From: a bacterium
Lineage (GTDB): Bacteria > UBA8248
DNA: 64,000 nucleotides
NCBI GenBank assembly: GCA_965221165.1
Contig: CBDCRP010000003.1
Location: 2,048,001 to 2,112,000 of the forward strand
Direction of reading: 5' to 3'
The translations under genes were made by a program, and so were the position numbers. The notes beneath the pieces were generated by a model. The model did not search any database and had not been told where the DNA came from. It saw only the letters and a program-made list of their open reading frames with translations. Each line of letters opens with the position of its first letter. The first letter of the stretch is position 1. Positions 55,892 through 64,000 of the stretch are shown in pieces.

Positions 55892-55898
55892 TACAACC

Positions 55899-56417
55899 TT
55901 GCAAGCTCCTTCTCCACATCTTGACGAGGAAAAATGCGCCGCGCCGGGAATCTCTCCCGGGGTTGTCGAGGACGAGGAGTTTCTTCTTCGAGAGATGTTC
56001 AACCCACAGCATGTCCAGGATGGGGAAGTGCTTGAGACTGCGATACCAGCAAAGGACCTTTGGAAGAAAGGATTTTCTGTTCATCGGATGAAGTACGTTT
56101 CAGTTGAGTTCATAAAAAATGCGGTCGAAGTACGCCTGTCTCGTCCCAGAAAAGGCGAACCCTGGAAAGACGAGGGTGTGGCGAAGCTACAAACGCTATC
56201 TGTACGACAGCTTCTTACAGATGACGACAAAAAGGCGTTTGTTGTTATTGATACGGCCACGGAAGACAACCCCGGACATGCCAGCATATATATGGCCGAG
56301 TATATTGCAGAGCCTAAAAAAGGCGAAAGACATGCAAGGAGATTCAGGCATTTGCTTCTGGATATTCTTCAAAACAGAATGACCATAGATGAGGCGTATG
56401 CCGGTGCGATCGGTTAG
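55899..56417 (+). CDS. Hypothetical protein (possible ART/RES-like toxin fold)
   Basis: Lower GC; LLR...GFSVHR...D...DNPGHASI pattern. Confidence 0.65.
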   Translation: MQAPSPHLDEEKCAAPGISPGVVEDEEFLLREMFNPQHVQDGEVLETAIPAKDLWKKGFSVHRMKYVSVEFIKNAVEVRLSRPRKGEPWKDEGVAKLQTLSVRQLLTDDDKKAFVVIDTATEDNPGHASIYMAEYIAEPKKGERHARRFRHLLLDILQNRMTIDEAYAGAIG

Positions 56418-56471
56418 TCATTTGGAGCAACATTGTATATAATCCCTTTTCCTTAGTTCTGGAGATTCGTT

Positions 56472-57428
56472 TTGGCAGAACGTGATTTCGAAATCATCAT
56501 CATCGGGGCCGGGCCTGCGGGGCTGACGGCGGGGCTTTATACGGCGCGTTCCAAGCTGAACGTGGTCTGCTATGAAAAACTCGCGCCCGGCGGCGAGATT
56601 CTCAACACCGAGCACGTGGAAGACTACCCGGGCTTCGAACTGGTCGGCGGGCAGGAACTGGCGGCCAAGTTCACCGATCACGCCATGAAGTTCGGCTTGC
56701 GGATCGAGATGGAAGAAGTCTCCGAAGTGAGAAAGGACGGGGATGATTTCCTCGTCGTCACCGACATGGGCGAGCGCCGCTGCGGGGCGGTGATTTATAC
56801 GCCCGGCGGCTATCCGAGAAAGCTCGCGATTCCGGGCGAGGAGAAATACGCGGGCAAGGGCGTCAGCTACTGCGCGCTTTGCGACGGCGCGTTTTTTCAG
56901 GATGAGGTGATCACCGTCGTGGGCGGCGGGAACAGCGCCGTGGAAGAGGGGCAGTTCCTCACGAAATACGGCACGAAGGTCTACCTCATTCACCGCCGCG
57001 ATCAGTTCCGCGCCCATGCGGTCTTGATGGACAGGATTCGCGAGAATCCCAAGATGGAGATCATCACCGACCACGTGGCGGAAGAGGTGGTGGGCGATGA
57101 CAGGGAGATGAAGAAGCTGCGCATCAAGAATGTGAAGACAGGTGAGACGCAGGAACTCGACGCCACGGGCCTGTTCGTTTTCATCGGTTTTATTCCGAAC
57201 ACGGATTTGATAAAAGATCACGTAGAAAAGGACGATGCCGGCTTTATCCTCACGGATCAGAACATGGAGACGAATGTTCCGGGCCTGTTCGTGGCCGGTG
57301 ATTGCAGAAGCCAGTTGATTCGCCAGATCACCAACGCATCGGGCGATGCGACGACGGCGGCGGTGGCGGCCGAGAAATATCTCGAAGCCCAGGTGGAGGC
57401 CAGGAAACAGGCCGCGGCGGCTTCCTAG
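56472..57428 (+). CDS. trxB: Thioredoxin-disulfide reductase
   Basis: GAGPAG, GVSYCALCDG, GGGNSAVEE, HRRD, FVAGD. Confidence 0.95.
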   Translation: MAERDFEIIIIGAGPAGLTAGLYTARSKLNVVCYEKLAPGGEILNTEHVEDYPGFELVGGQELAAKFTDHAMKFGLRIEMEEVSEVRKDGDDFLVVTDMGERRCGAVIYTPGGYPRKLAIPGEEKYAGKGVSYCALCDGAFFQDEVITVVGGGNSAVEEGQFLTKYGTKVYLIHRRDQFRAHAVLMDRIRENPKMEIITDHVAEEVVGDDREMKKLRIKNVKTGETQELDATGLFVFIGFIPNTDLIKDHVEKDDAGFILTDQNMETNVPGLFVAGDCRSQLIRQITNASGDATTAAVAAEKYLEAQVEARKQAAAAS

Positions 57429-57450
57429 GGTTCAAGGCGAGGAGAGGGAA

Positions 57451-57999
57451 ATGGAGTTCACCAGGGGGCTTCGGAAGTTTTTTCTCTGGGATATCGTGAA
57501 GGGCATGTCCGCCACACTGCGGCACATGTTCAAAAAACCCGTCACGCTTCAATACCCGACGGAGCGCTGGGAGCCGCCCGAGCGTTATCGGGGCTTTTTG
57601 GGCTTGACGCGCGATTTCAAGACGGGCGAGGAGCTTTGCATCGGCTGTCTGAACTGCGAGAAGGCCTGTCCGGTCGACTGCATCACCATCGTCACGGCGG
57701 GCAAGGGCCGCGAGATGTACGCCAAGGAGTTCTACATCGACTACATGCGGTGCATGTACTGCGGGCTTTGCGTGGAGGCGTGCCCCACGACGCCTAAATC
57801 CATCGTCCACACCCACCAGTACGAGACGACCGGCTATTTCCGCGAAGATCTCGTCTACGAGAAAGAGCGCCTCTACGACGTCTGGGAAAAAGAGATGAAC
57901 TACACCGGCCCCCGTCCCTGGGGCAAGCTGTTCGGCCTAAGGAACCAGGAGGCGGACACACGGCCCGAAACCCCTGCCGAGACGGCGCCCGCCGAATAG
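57451..57999 (+). CDS. NuoI-like 2x[4Fe-4S] protein (stand-alone)
   Basis: KPVTLQYP, RYRG, CIGCLNCEKACP, CMYCGLCVEACP. Confidence 0.85.
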   Translation: MEFTRGLRKFFLWDIVKGMSATLRHMFKKPVTLQYPTERWEPPERYRGFLGLTRDFKTGEELCIGCLNCEKACPVDCITIVTAGKGREMYAKEFYIDYMRCMYCGLCVEACPTTPKSIVHTHQYETTGYFREDLVYEKERLYDVWEKEMNYTGPRPWGKLFGLRNQEADTRPETPAETAPAE

Positions 58000-58024
58000 C
58001 GGGTTTCCCTGGCGGAATCCTCTT

Positions 58025-59197
58025 TTGAGTCTTTTTACCGCCGATTTCGACGACATCCGCTCAGGCAAGGTGACGGACGTCTATTTCGAGCGCACCCTCC
58101 AGATTCTGGAAGCCAGGGGAATCAAGAAAAACGTGCGTGCGGAATTCGCGGCCAAATCGCTTCCGGGCGGCTGGGGCGTATTCACGGGTTTAGAGGAGGT
58201 TCTGCGCCTTCTCGACGGCCTCCCGGTAAGCGTTCGCGCGGTGCCCGAGGGCACGGTTTTCAGGCCCTCCCAACCCGTTCTGGAAATTGCGGGAACCTAC
58301 AACGATTTTTGCAGGCTGGAGACCCCCGCCCTGGGGCTGATGTGCCAGGCGAGCGGCATCGCCACGAAAGCGGCGCGCTGCCGCATCGCGGCGGAGGGCA
58401 GAGGGCTCGTGAGTTTCGGCGCGCGGAGAATTCACCCCGCCATCGCGCCGATGGTCGAGCGCGCGGCCTATATAGGCGGCTGCGACGGCGTCGCTCTCGT
58501 CAAGGGAGCCGAGCTTCTGGAGATTCCGGCGGTGGGCACGATGCCCCACGCGCTGGTGATTCTCATGGACGGCCTCGTGCCTGCGGTCAAAGCCTTCGAT
58601 GAGGTGATTGCGCCGGAGGTGGGCCGCGTCGCGCTGGTGGACACGTTCGCGGACGAGAGATTCGAAGCCCTGGAAGTCGCGCGCGTGCTGACCGATCGCC
58701 TCTCGGCCGTGCGGGTGGATACACCGGCGTCGCGGCGGGGGAATCTGTTCCAGATCCTGGAGGAAATCCGCTGGGAACTCGACCGCGCGGGATTCCCGCA
58801 CGTGAAGCTCTTCGTGAGCGGGGGCCTGGATGAGGAGAAGATTCTCGAGCTGAACCCCGTGGTGGACGGCGGCTACGGCGTAGGCACGTCTATAAGCTCC
58901 GCGTCTACGATCGATTTTTCGATGGACATCGTCGAGGTGGAGGGCGAGGCGGTGGCCAAGCGCGGCAAGCGTCCGGGTGCGAAGCATCTGCTGCGCTGCC
59001 GCGATTGCGGGGAGGAGCGCGTCATCCCGATAGAGGAGCCTTACGGAGATTGCGCGTCCTGCGGCGGCGTGGTGGAGCAACTGCTCGCCGGCGTGATGGA
59101 AAACGGTGAACGGGAGGATTCAGGGTCTTCCGCGAAAGAGATCAGAAACTACGTTTTGCGCCAGATTCATCGTGTAAACCTCGAATCGTCCTCATGA
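58025..59197 (+). CDS. Nicotinate phosphoribosyltransferase (archaeal-type, C-terminal Cys4)
   Basis: TDVYF, SFGARR, GTMPHA, VDTF, VRVDTP, VSGG, AKRGK. Confidence 0.88.
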   Translation: MSLFTADFDDIRSGKVTDVYFERTLQILEARGIKKNVRAEFAAKSLPGGWGVFTGLEEVLRLLDGLPVSVRAVPEGTVFRPSQPVLEIAGTYNDFCRLETPALGLMCQASGIATKAARCRIAAEGRGLVSFGARRIHPAIAPMVERAAYIGGCDGVALVKGAELLEIPAVGTMPHALVILMDGLVPAVKAFDEVIAPEVGRVALVDTFADERFEALEVARVLTDRLSAVRVDTPASRRGNLFQILEEIRWELDRAGFPHVKLFVSGGLDEEKILELNPVVDGGYGVGTSISSASTIDFSMDIVEVEGEAVAKRGKRPGAKHLLRCRDCGEERVIPIEEPYGDCASCGGVVEQLLAGVMENGEREDSGSSAKEIRNYVLRQIHRVNLESSS

Positions 59198-60228
59198 GTA
59201 CGGAGAAAAAAGAAAGCCGGGGCCGTTTTCAACCCTTGAGAGATTTCCTCGCACGCCACGAGCGCCTGTTGTTTCTCACCCACGTGGGGCCCGACGGAGA
59301 CGGCCTGCTCGCGAGCATTGCGCTCAGCCGCTACCTCAAGCTTACCGGCAAGCAGGCCACGGTCGTCACCGAAGACAAGACGCCCGTCTTCACGGCACCC
59401 TTTGACCCTGAGGGTCTCGTGCGCTCGAGAGAGGAGCTTCTCGCGCAAGAGGACTGGGCGGCGCGCTTCGATGCGTGCCTCATTCTCGACACGGGGAAGA
59501 TCAACCGGCTGGGCAGGCTCGAGGAGCCGGTGAAAGCCAGCGGCCTTCCCCTGGCGGTGGTCGATCACCACATCAGAGAAGAAGACAATATCGATTGTCC
59601 CTCCATCATCGACCCCGAGGCCGCCGCGGTCGGCGAGATGGTAGCCGATTACCTGAACGAGGAAGGCTACCCGTTCGACGACCCGCTCATCACCCGCGCG
59701 CTGATGGCGTGCCTCGTCTACGACACGGGCCAGTTCCGCTTCACGAACACCTCGAGGCGCACCCTGAACTGGGCGGCGCGCCTGGTCGAACTCGGCGCGA
59801 GTGCCGGGGAGGCCTACTCGATTTTCTGGGAATCAAACGGCGCGGGCTCCGTGAAGCTGCTGGGTACGCTGATGAGCCGGATGAAGCTCGATTGCGGGGG
59901 ACGCCTCGCCTGGTTCACCCTGAGCGCGATGGAACTCGAGCGCTTCGGGGTCTCGCGCTCCGAGACGGAGGAATACATTTCGGTTCCCCGCTCGATCGAA
60001 TCCGTCGAGGTCATCGCTTTTTTGTCCGAACTCGAAAACGGGCGAATCCGCGTGAGCCTGCGCTCGAAGGGCCGGGTGGAGATTCACGACGTTGCCCGCA
60101 TGTTCGGCGGCGGCGGCCACGCGTTCGCCGCAGGCGCGCGCATGCGGCCCCCGCTCGAGGAGGCGGCGAGGCTCATCACCGCCGCGCTCGCCGAAAAGAT
60201 CAGAACCGTTCTGGGGCCTGATGAATAA
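59194..60228 (+). CDS. DHH/DHHA1 phosphoesterase (NrnA-like)
   Basis: H..PDGD, VDHH, DTG.F, SLRS, GGGGH..AAG. Confidence 0.9.
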   Translation: MSTEKKESRGRFQPLRDFLARHERLLFLTHVGPDGDGLLASIALSRYLKLTGKQATVVTEDKTPVFTAPFDPEGLVRSREELLAQEDWAARFDACLILDTGKINRLGRLEEPVKASGLPLAVVDHHIREEDNIDCPSIIDPEAAAVGEMVADYLNEEGYPFDDPLITRALMACLVYDTGQFRFTNTSRRTLNWAARLVELGASAGEAYSIFWESNGAGSVKLLGTLMSRMKLDCGGRLAWFTLSAMELERFGVSRSETEEYISVPRSIESVEVIAFLSELENGRIRVSLRSKGRVEIHDVARMFGGGGHAFAAGARMRPPLEEAARLITAALAEKIRTVLGPDE

Positions 60229-60231
60229 CGC

Positions 60232-60609
60232 CTAGATTCCCAGTTCGTTGAACACGCGCAGCGACTCATCCGTCGCGCCCACGGCGTTGGGAGCGCCCGC
60301 GTAGATCGCGCACACCATGATGATCTCCTGAATATCCTCTTTCGTCATGCCGATGCGAAGCGCCGCCTTGGCGTGGTACCCGAACTCCCTGTCCCGGCCC
60401 ATGGCGCACAGGACGGAGAGGATCACCGTCTCGCGGGTCTTGTCGTCGATGCCGTCTCGCGCGTAGAGATCGCCGTACACGGCTTCGGTGACGAACTGCG
60501 CGAACGCGGGACTCGCCTTCGCGAAAGCCTGGCGCCTCTCCTCTCCTTCCTCGCCGAAGATCCTCGCGCGGGTTCTCAGTCCTCTCTCGAGACGTGTTTC
60601 TTCGCTCAT
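60232..60609 (-). CDS. Carboxymuconolactone decarboxylase family protein
   Basis: RLERGL..R, YGDLYAR.G.D.KTRE, H..AAL..G, IYAG.P. Confidence 0.85.
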   Translation of the reverse strand: MSEETRLERGLRTRARIFGEEGEERRQAFAKASPAFAQFVTEAVYGDLYARDGIDDKTRETVILSVLCAMGRDREFGYHAKAALRIGMTKEDIQEIIMVCAIYAGAPNAVGATDESLRVFNELGI

Positions 60610-60773
60610 CAGATCGACCTCCTTGTGCGTGGACGGGCGTAAAGGCCCGTCCCGGGATGAATGCGCGCGGCCCCCTCCGGGGGCTCGCGGGTGGTTTTGC
60701 CGGAATGTTTCCTGAGGCTTATATTGAATAGCGTATGTAAGAGCGCATTACCATGCCATCAGGGAGATTCAAC

Positions 60774-61034
60774 GTGAAACTCGACGCTGTGAAATTCGGC
60801 CTGGCCGCAGGCATCATCTACGGGGCCATGTTTTTCCTCTACGCCCTTTTGGGCGCGCTGTTCGGCGTGGGCGGGGAGATGCTGAGGATGATAGGCGATT
60901 TCTATCCGGGCGTTTCCCCCACCTACCCGGGCGCGATCATCGGAGCGGCCTGGGGGTTCGCGATAGGCTTTTTCTTCTTCACGCTCCTGGCGTGGATATA
61001 CAACCGTCTTCTGGGACGGGGGGAATCGCCCTAG
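60774..61034 (+). CDS. Small membrane protein (2 TM)
   Basis: KLD..KFGLA.G, YPG, G.IIG..WGF, AWIYNR; GGGAG RBS. Confidence 0.7.
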   Translation: MKLDAVKFGLAAGIIYGAMFFLYALLGALFGVGGEMLRMIGDFYPGVSPTYPGAIIGAAWGFAIGFFFFTLLAWIYNRLLGRGESP

Positions 61035-61483
61035 CCCAGGGACTTGGCGAGCGCCTCCCCCTGCGCGCGCATCTCGGGCGTCATGGATTCGTTATGCGGC
61101 AAAAACGCCATGGCGACGTATATGTTCTCCACCCCGTCTCCCTTCGAGAGATTGCGGTATAAGGGCTGGGGGTAGAAGTCGTTCATGGGCTCCGCGTGGC
61201 CGATTCGCTCGTCGTTTCTCGCGAAGTGATATGCGACCACCGCCCTCGGGGGAACCCAGCGCTCCCGCTCCTCGCCTTCCGCGTCTACGTCGCGCACCAC
61301 GCCGCCGAAGCCGTTGGTGAACGCGTCGCCGAACACGAAATGCGCGACAGTCGCCTCATCGCAGGTGTCCGTTTCCGCGAGCTGGATGTAGAGGGCTTCG
61401 TTCGGGTCGCCCGGATCCTCGAAGGGCAGTTCATTTTTTCCGCACGCGGGGCAGATGAAGGTGACGTTTTGGTTTTCGGCCAT
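61031..61483 (-). CDS. Hypothetical protein with N-terminal CxxC
   Basis: 150 aa, CPACG, AGGA RBS. Confidence 0.65.
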   Translation of the reverse strand: MAENQNVTFICPACGKNELPFEDPGDPNEALYIQLAETDTCDEATVAHFVFGDAFTNGFGGVVRDVDAEGEERERWVPPRAVVAYHFARNDERIGHAEPMNDFYPQPLYRNLSKGDGVENIYVAMAFLPHNESMTPEMRAQGEALAKSLG

Positions 61484-61712
61484 GTCGGTGTTCCTGTGCT
61501 GGCGCGCCGGGGAGAGTCTCCGGGCCGGCGCGTTGTCATGTAATTTGTGTGTCCCGCCGAAATCGAATCGTGCCAGAGGTCACCCTCCGGCGCAAGGATG
61601 AAAGCGGGTTTGAACTCATCCTGCAAGAGGCGCAGAGACAGCCGGAGAAGACGGGTTTCGTCGCGAGTCCGGTTTCGGTCCGAGAGGTTCGATGGCCTGA
61701 GCGGCGGGGCTG

Positions 61713-62585
61713 TTACCCCCGCGCCCGTGGGTCCAGTGCGTCGCGCAGCCCGTCGCCCACGTAGTTGATGCTCAGCACGGTGAGCGAAATCGCGAGGCCG
61801 GGCCACAGGACGCGCTCGGGGTATTGCTGGAGGTAATCGGTCGAATCGTAGAGCAGCCTTCCCCAGGTGGGGAAATCCGGGGGAAAACCCAGCCCCAGGA
61901 ACGAGAGCGCCGATTCGGTGATGATGGCGTCGCCCACCCCGAGGGCCGCGGAGATCATGATGGGCGAGACGACGCCCGGCAGGACGTGGCGGATGATGAT
62001 GCGCCGCGTGGGCGCTCCGAGCGCGTTCGAGGCGACCACGAATTCGCGCTCTTTGAGAGCGAGTACCTCTCCGCGCACGATGCGGGCGGTCTTCATCCAG
62101 GAGGTCGCGCCGATGACCGAGGCGATGAGGATGAAGATGCCGGTCTCCGGACCGAAGGCGCTTCTGAGAGCGTCGCGGAACAGCGCGATGATGACGAGCA
62201 AAAGGGGCAGGAGCGGCAGCGCCAGGAAGAGATCCGTCAGCCGCATGAGCGGGCCGTCCAGCCGCCTGAAGTAGCCCGACGCCACGCCGACCACCGCGCC
62301 CAGGGAGAGGGCGAGGCCCATGGCGGCGCCCGCCACCGCGAGCGAGACCCGCCCGCCCGCGAGCATGCGGGCCAGGGTGTCCCGGCCCAGGCGGTCGGCG
62401 CCGAGCGGGTGGGCGAGGCCTGCGCCCTGATTGCGCGCGCGGATGTCGATGAGGTGCGGGTCGATGCTCCACAGATGGGGGCCGAAGACCACGGCGAGCG
62501 CTGCGATGAGCAGAATCCCCGCCCCTATCATCGCCCCCCGGTGGGTGCGGAACTGCGCCCATACCCCGCGCCGCGCGCTAGTCAT
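61713..62585 (-). CDS. Peptide/nickel ABC transporter permease (DppC/OppC-like)
   Basis: HPLGAD.LGRD, ARIVRG, ESALSFLGLG. Confidence 0.93.
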   Translation of the reverse strand: MTSARRGVWAQFRTHRGAMIGAGILLIAALAVVFGPHLWSIDPHLIDIRARNQGAGLAHPLGADRLGRDTLARMLAGGRVSLAVAGAAMGLALSLGAVVGVASGYFRRLDGPLMRLTDLFLALPLLPLLLVIIALFRDALRSAFGPETGIFILIASVIGATSWMKTARIVRGEVLALKEREFVVASNALGAPTRRIIIRHVLPGVVSPIMISAALGVGDAIITESALSFLGLGFPPDFPTWGRLLYDSTDYLQQYPERVLWPGLAISLTVLSINYVGDGLRDALDPRARG

Positions 62586-63585
62586 AGCGGATGGTGGGGT
62601 CCAGAACCCCGTAGAGGATGTCGGCGAGGAGGTTGAACGCCACGATCAGCCCCGCGAAGATGAAGGTCAGCGTCTGTACGGTCGGCAGATCGCCGCCCTG
62701 AATGGCGACGATGAGCAGTTGTCCCAGCCCGTTCACCTTGAATATCTGCTCGGTGATGATCGCACCTCCGAACACCTGCGGCACGCCCAGCGCGATGATG
62801 GTGACGACGGGAATCATCGAATTGCGCAGGACGTGGATGAAGAGAATCCGCCGCTCGTGAAAGCCCTTGCCCCGGGCGGTGCGCACGTAGTCCTGGCCGA
62901 GATTATCGAGCATGGAGGCGCGCATGAAGCGGCTGATTTGTGCTGCGTTGTACAGGGCGAGCACGAAGACCGGCATGGCCATTTGCCGCACCTGGACGAG
63001 AAAACTGCTCCAGTCCGTCACGCGGTGCGTGGTGTCATAGATGGAGGGGAACCAACCGAGTCCCACCGAGAAGACCACGATCAGCAGCACGCCGGTGAAA
63101 AACGTCGGCACCGAGAACCCCACGGTGGAGACGAAGGTCCCGATCTGGTCGAACCAGCTGTATTGGCGATAGGCCGAGAAGATGCCGATGGGGATCGCGA
63201 TCAAGACGCCGATGACGTAGGAGAGCCCTACGACCCAAAGGGTCTGCGGCAGGCGCTCGACGATGAGGTCGACGACCGGGGAGCGCGTCTGCCAGCTCAG
63301 CACGCGGAGCCGCTCCCCGCTGTCGGGGCGGCCGAGCAGGGCGTCGAGCACGTTCAGCGGTTCGTTGATGAAAAACTGCTTGCACCACAACAGATAGCGG
63401 ATGTGGATGGGCTCGCCCAGTCCTAGGGACTCGCGGATTTTCTGGCGCACCTCGGGCGGAATCGTGAGGGGCAGGTTCGCCGTCGGGTCGCTGGGCGCCA
63501 GGTCTAAAAGCAGGAAGATGACGAGGCTGATGAAGATGAGCGTGGGAACGGCGATGAGCAGCCGCCTCACGGTGTAGGTCGTCAT
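62578..63585 (-). CDS. Peptide/nickel ABC transporter permease (DppB/OppB-like)
   Basis: RRLL..PTL, DYVRTARGKG, LRNS.IP, DILYG.LDP.IR. Confidence 0.93.
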   Translation of the reverse strand: MTTYTVRRLLIAVPTLIFISLVIFLLLDLAPSDPTANLPLTIPPEVRQKIRESLGLGEPIHIRYLLWCKQFFINEPLNVLDALLGRPDSGERLRVLSWQTRSPVVDLIVERLPQTLWVVGLSYVIGVLIAIPIGIFSAYRQYSWFDQIGTFVSTVGFSVPTFFTGVLLIVVFSVGLGWFPSIYDTTHRVTDWSSFLVQVRQMAMPVFVLALYNAAQISRFMRASMLDNLGQDYVRTARGKGFHERRILFIHVLRNSMIPVVTIIALGVPQVFGGAIITEQIFKVNGLGQLLIVAIQGGDLPTVQTLTFIFAGLIVAFNLLADILYGVLDPTIRYD

Positions 63586-63623
63586 CGCCGGCAAGCCTCG
63601 GTGGCCCTAAGCGGAGCGCGGGC

Positions 63624-64000
63624 CTATTTGACGCGGCGCCAGTCGGCGATGTTCCACAATTCCGAATCCCAGGTGTTGAGAACCACGCCGCCCAGCGTTT
63701 TGGCATGGGCCGATACGCGGCCTCGGTCGACAAGCGGAATGAGGGCGTAGGCCTGCATCAGCATGTCGTTCATGGCCTTGGCGAGGCGGGCCCGCTCGCT
63801 GAGCGCGCCGGCCTTCGCCATCTTGGCGACGAGCGCGTCGTAGGCGGCGTCGCAGTAGCGCGGCACGTTGTTGCCCTGCCACTGTGTGGCGGGCCGCGGC
63901 GCTTCCTTGCACGCCCAGTTCGCCATGTAGGATTCGGGGTCCGTGCCGTCGAAGTTGTTGGCGTACATCTGCGCGTCGGCGCGGAATTTCTGAAACGTGT
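63624..64000 (-). CDS. Peptide ABC transporter substrate-binding protein (C-terminal part; 5' end outside the window)
   Basis: SBP family 5-like C-terminus (N..RYC...YD.L, WN..DW) directly upstream of the permeases. Confidence 0.85.
   Translation of the reverse strand, partial: TFQKFRADAQMYANNFDGTDPESYMANWACKEAPRPATQWQGNNVPRYCDAAYDALVAKMAKAGALSERARLAKAMNDMLMQAYALIPLVDRGRVSAHAKTLGGVVLNTWDSELWNIADWRRVK

Noticed and set aside
60774-61034. Phage holin or prophage
   Set aside because: Only a small 2-TM protein; no integrase, endolysin or structural phage genes in the window.
61545-61630. tRNA-Sec-like element on the minus strand (TTCAAA, a long hairpin, TTCGATT)
   Set aside because: No acceptor, D or anticodon stem can be paired around these motifs. 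A TGGCAC here also lacks the -12 TTGC of a sigma54 promoter.

Overview
GC-rich bacterial chromosomal window spanning the replication origin: mnmG (partial), mnmE, a ~10 kb block of accessory genes, yidC-yidD-rnpA-rpmH, then dnaA-oriC-recF-gyrB-(cytochrome c)-gyrA. dnaN and jag/khpB are absent from their usual positions. It also holds a complete ISC Fe-S operon, a glycine-betaine-type ABC transporter, part of a peptide ABC transporter and many housekeeping or metabolic genes. The most notable signal is missed by the ORF track: three genes carry an in-frame TGA exactly at a Cys position of a CxxC-type motif, each followed by a SECIS-like hairpin. They are an exported thioredoxin (W-U-G-T-C, 10023-10421), a glutaredoxin/NrdH-like protein (T-U-A-P-C, 54835-55080) and a translationally coupled tandem zinc-ribbon/LysW-like protein (C-P-G-U, 55077-55376), the last a candidate new selenoprotein type lying upstream of trxB. 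The second notable feature is a soluble protein fusing a FliG C-terminal rotor domain to two membrane-less MotA-like repeats, directly downstream of yidC. There is also a heterogeneous GTAG-REP/REPIN cluster and a low-GC toxin/antitoxin-like gene pair. All calls come from reading the sequence by eye; no searches were run.
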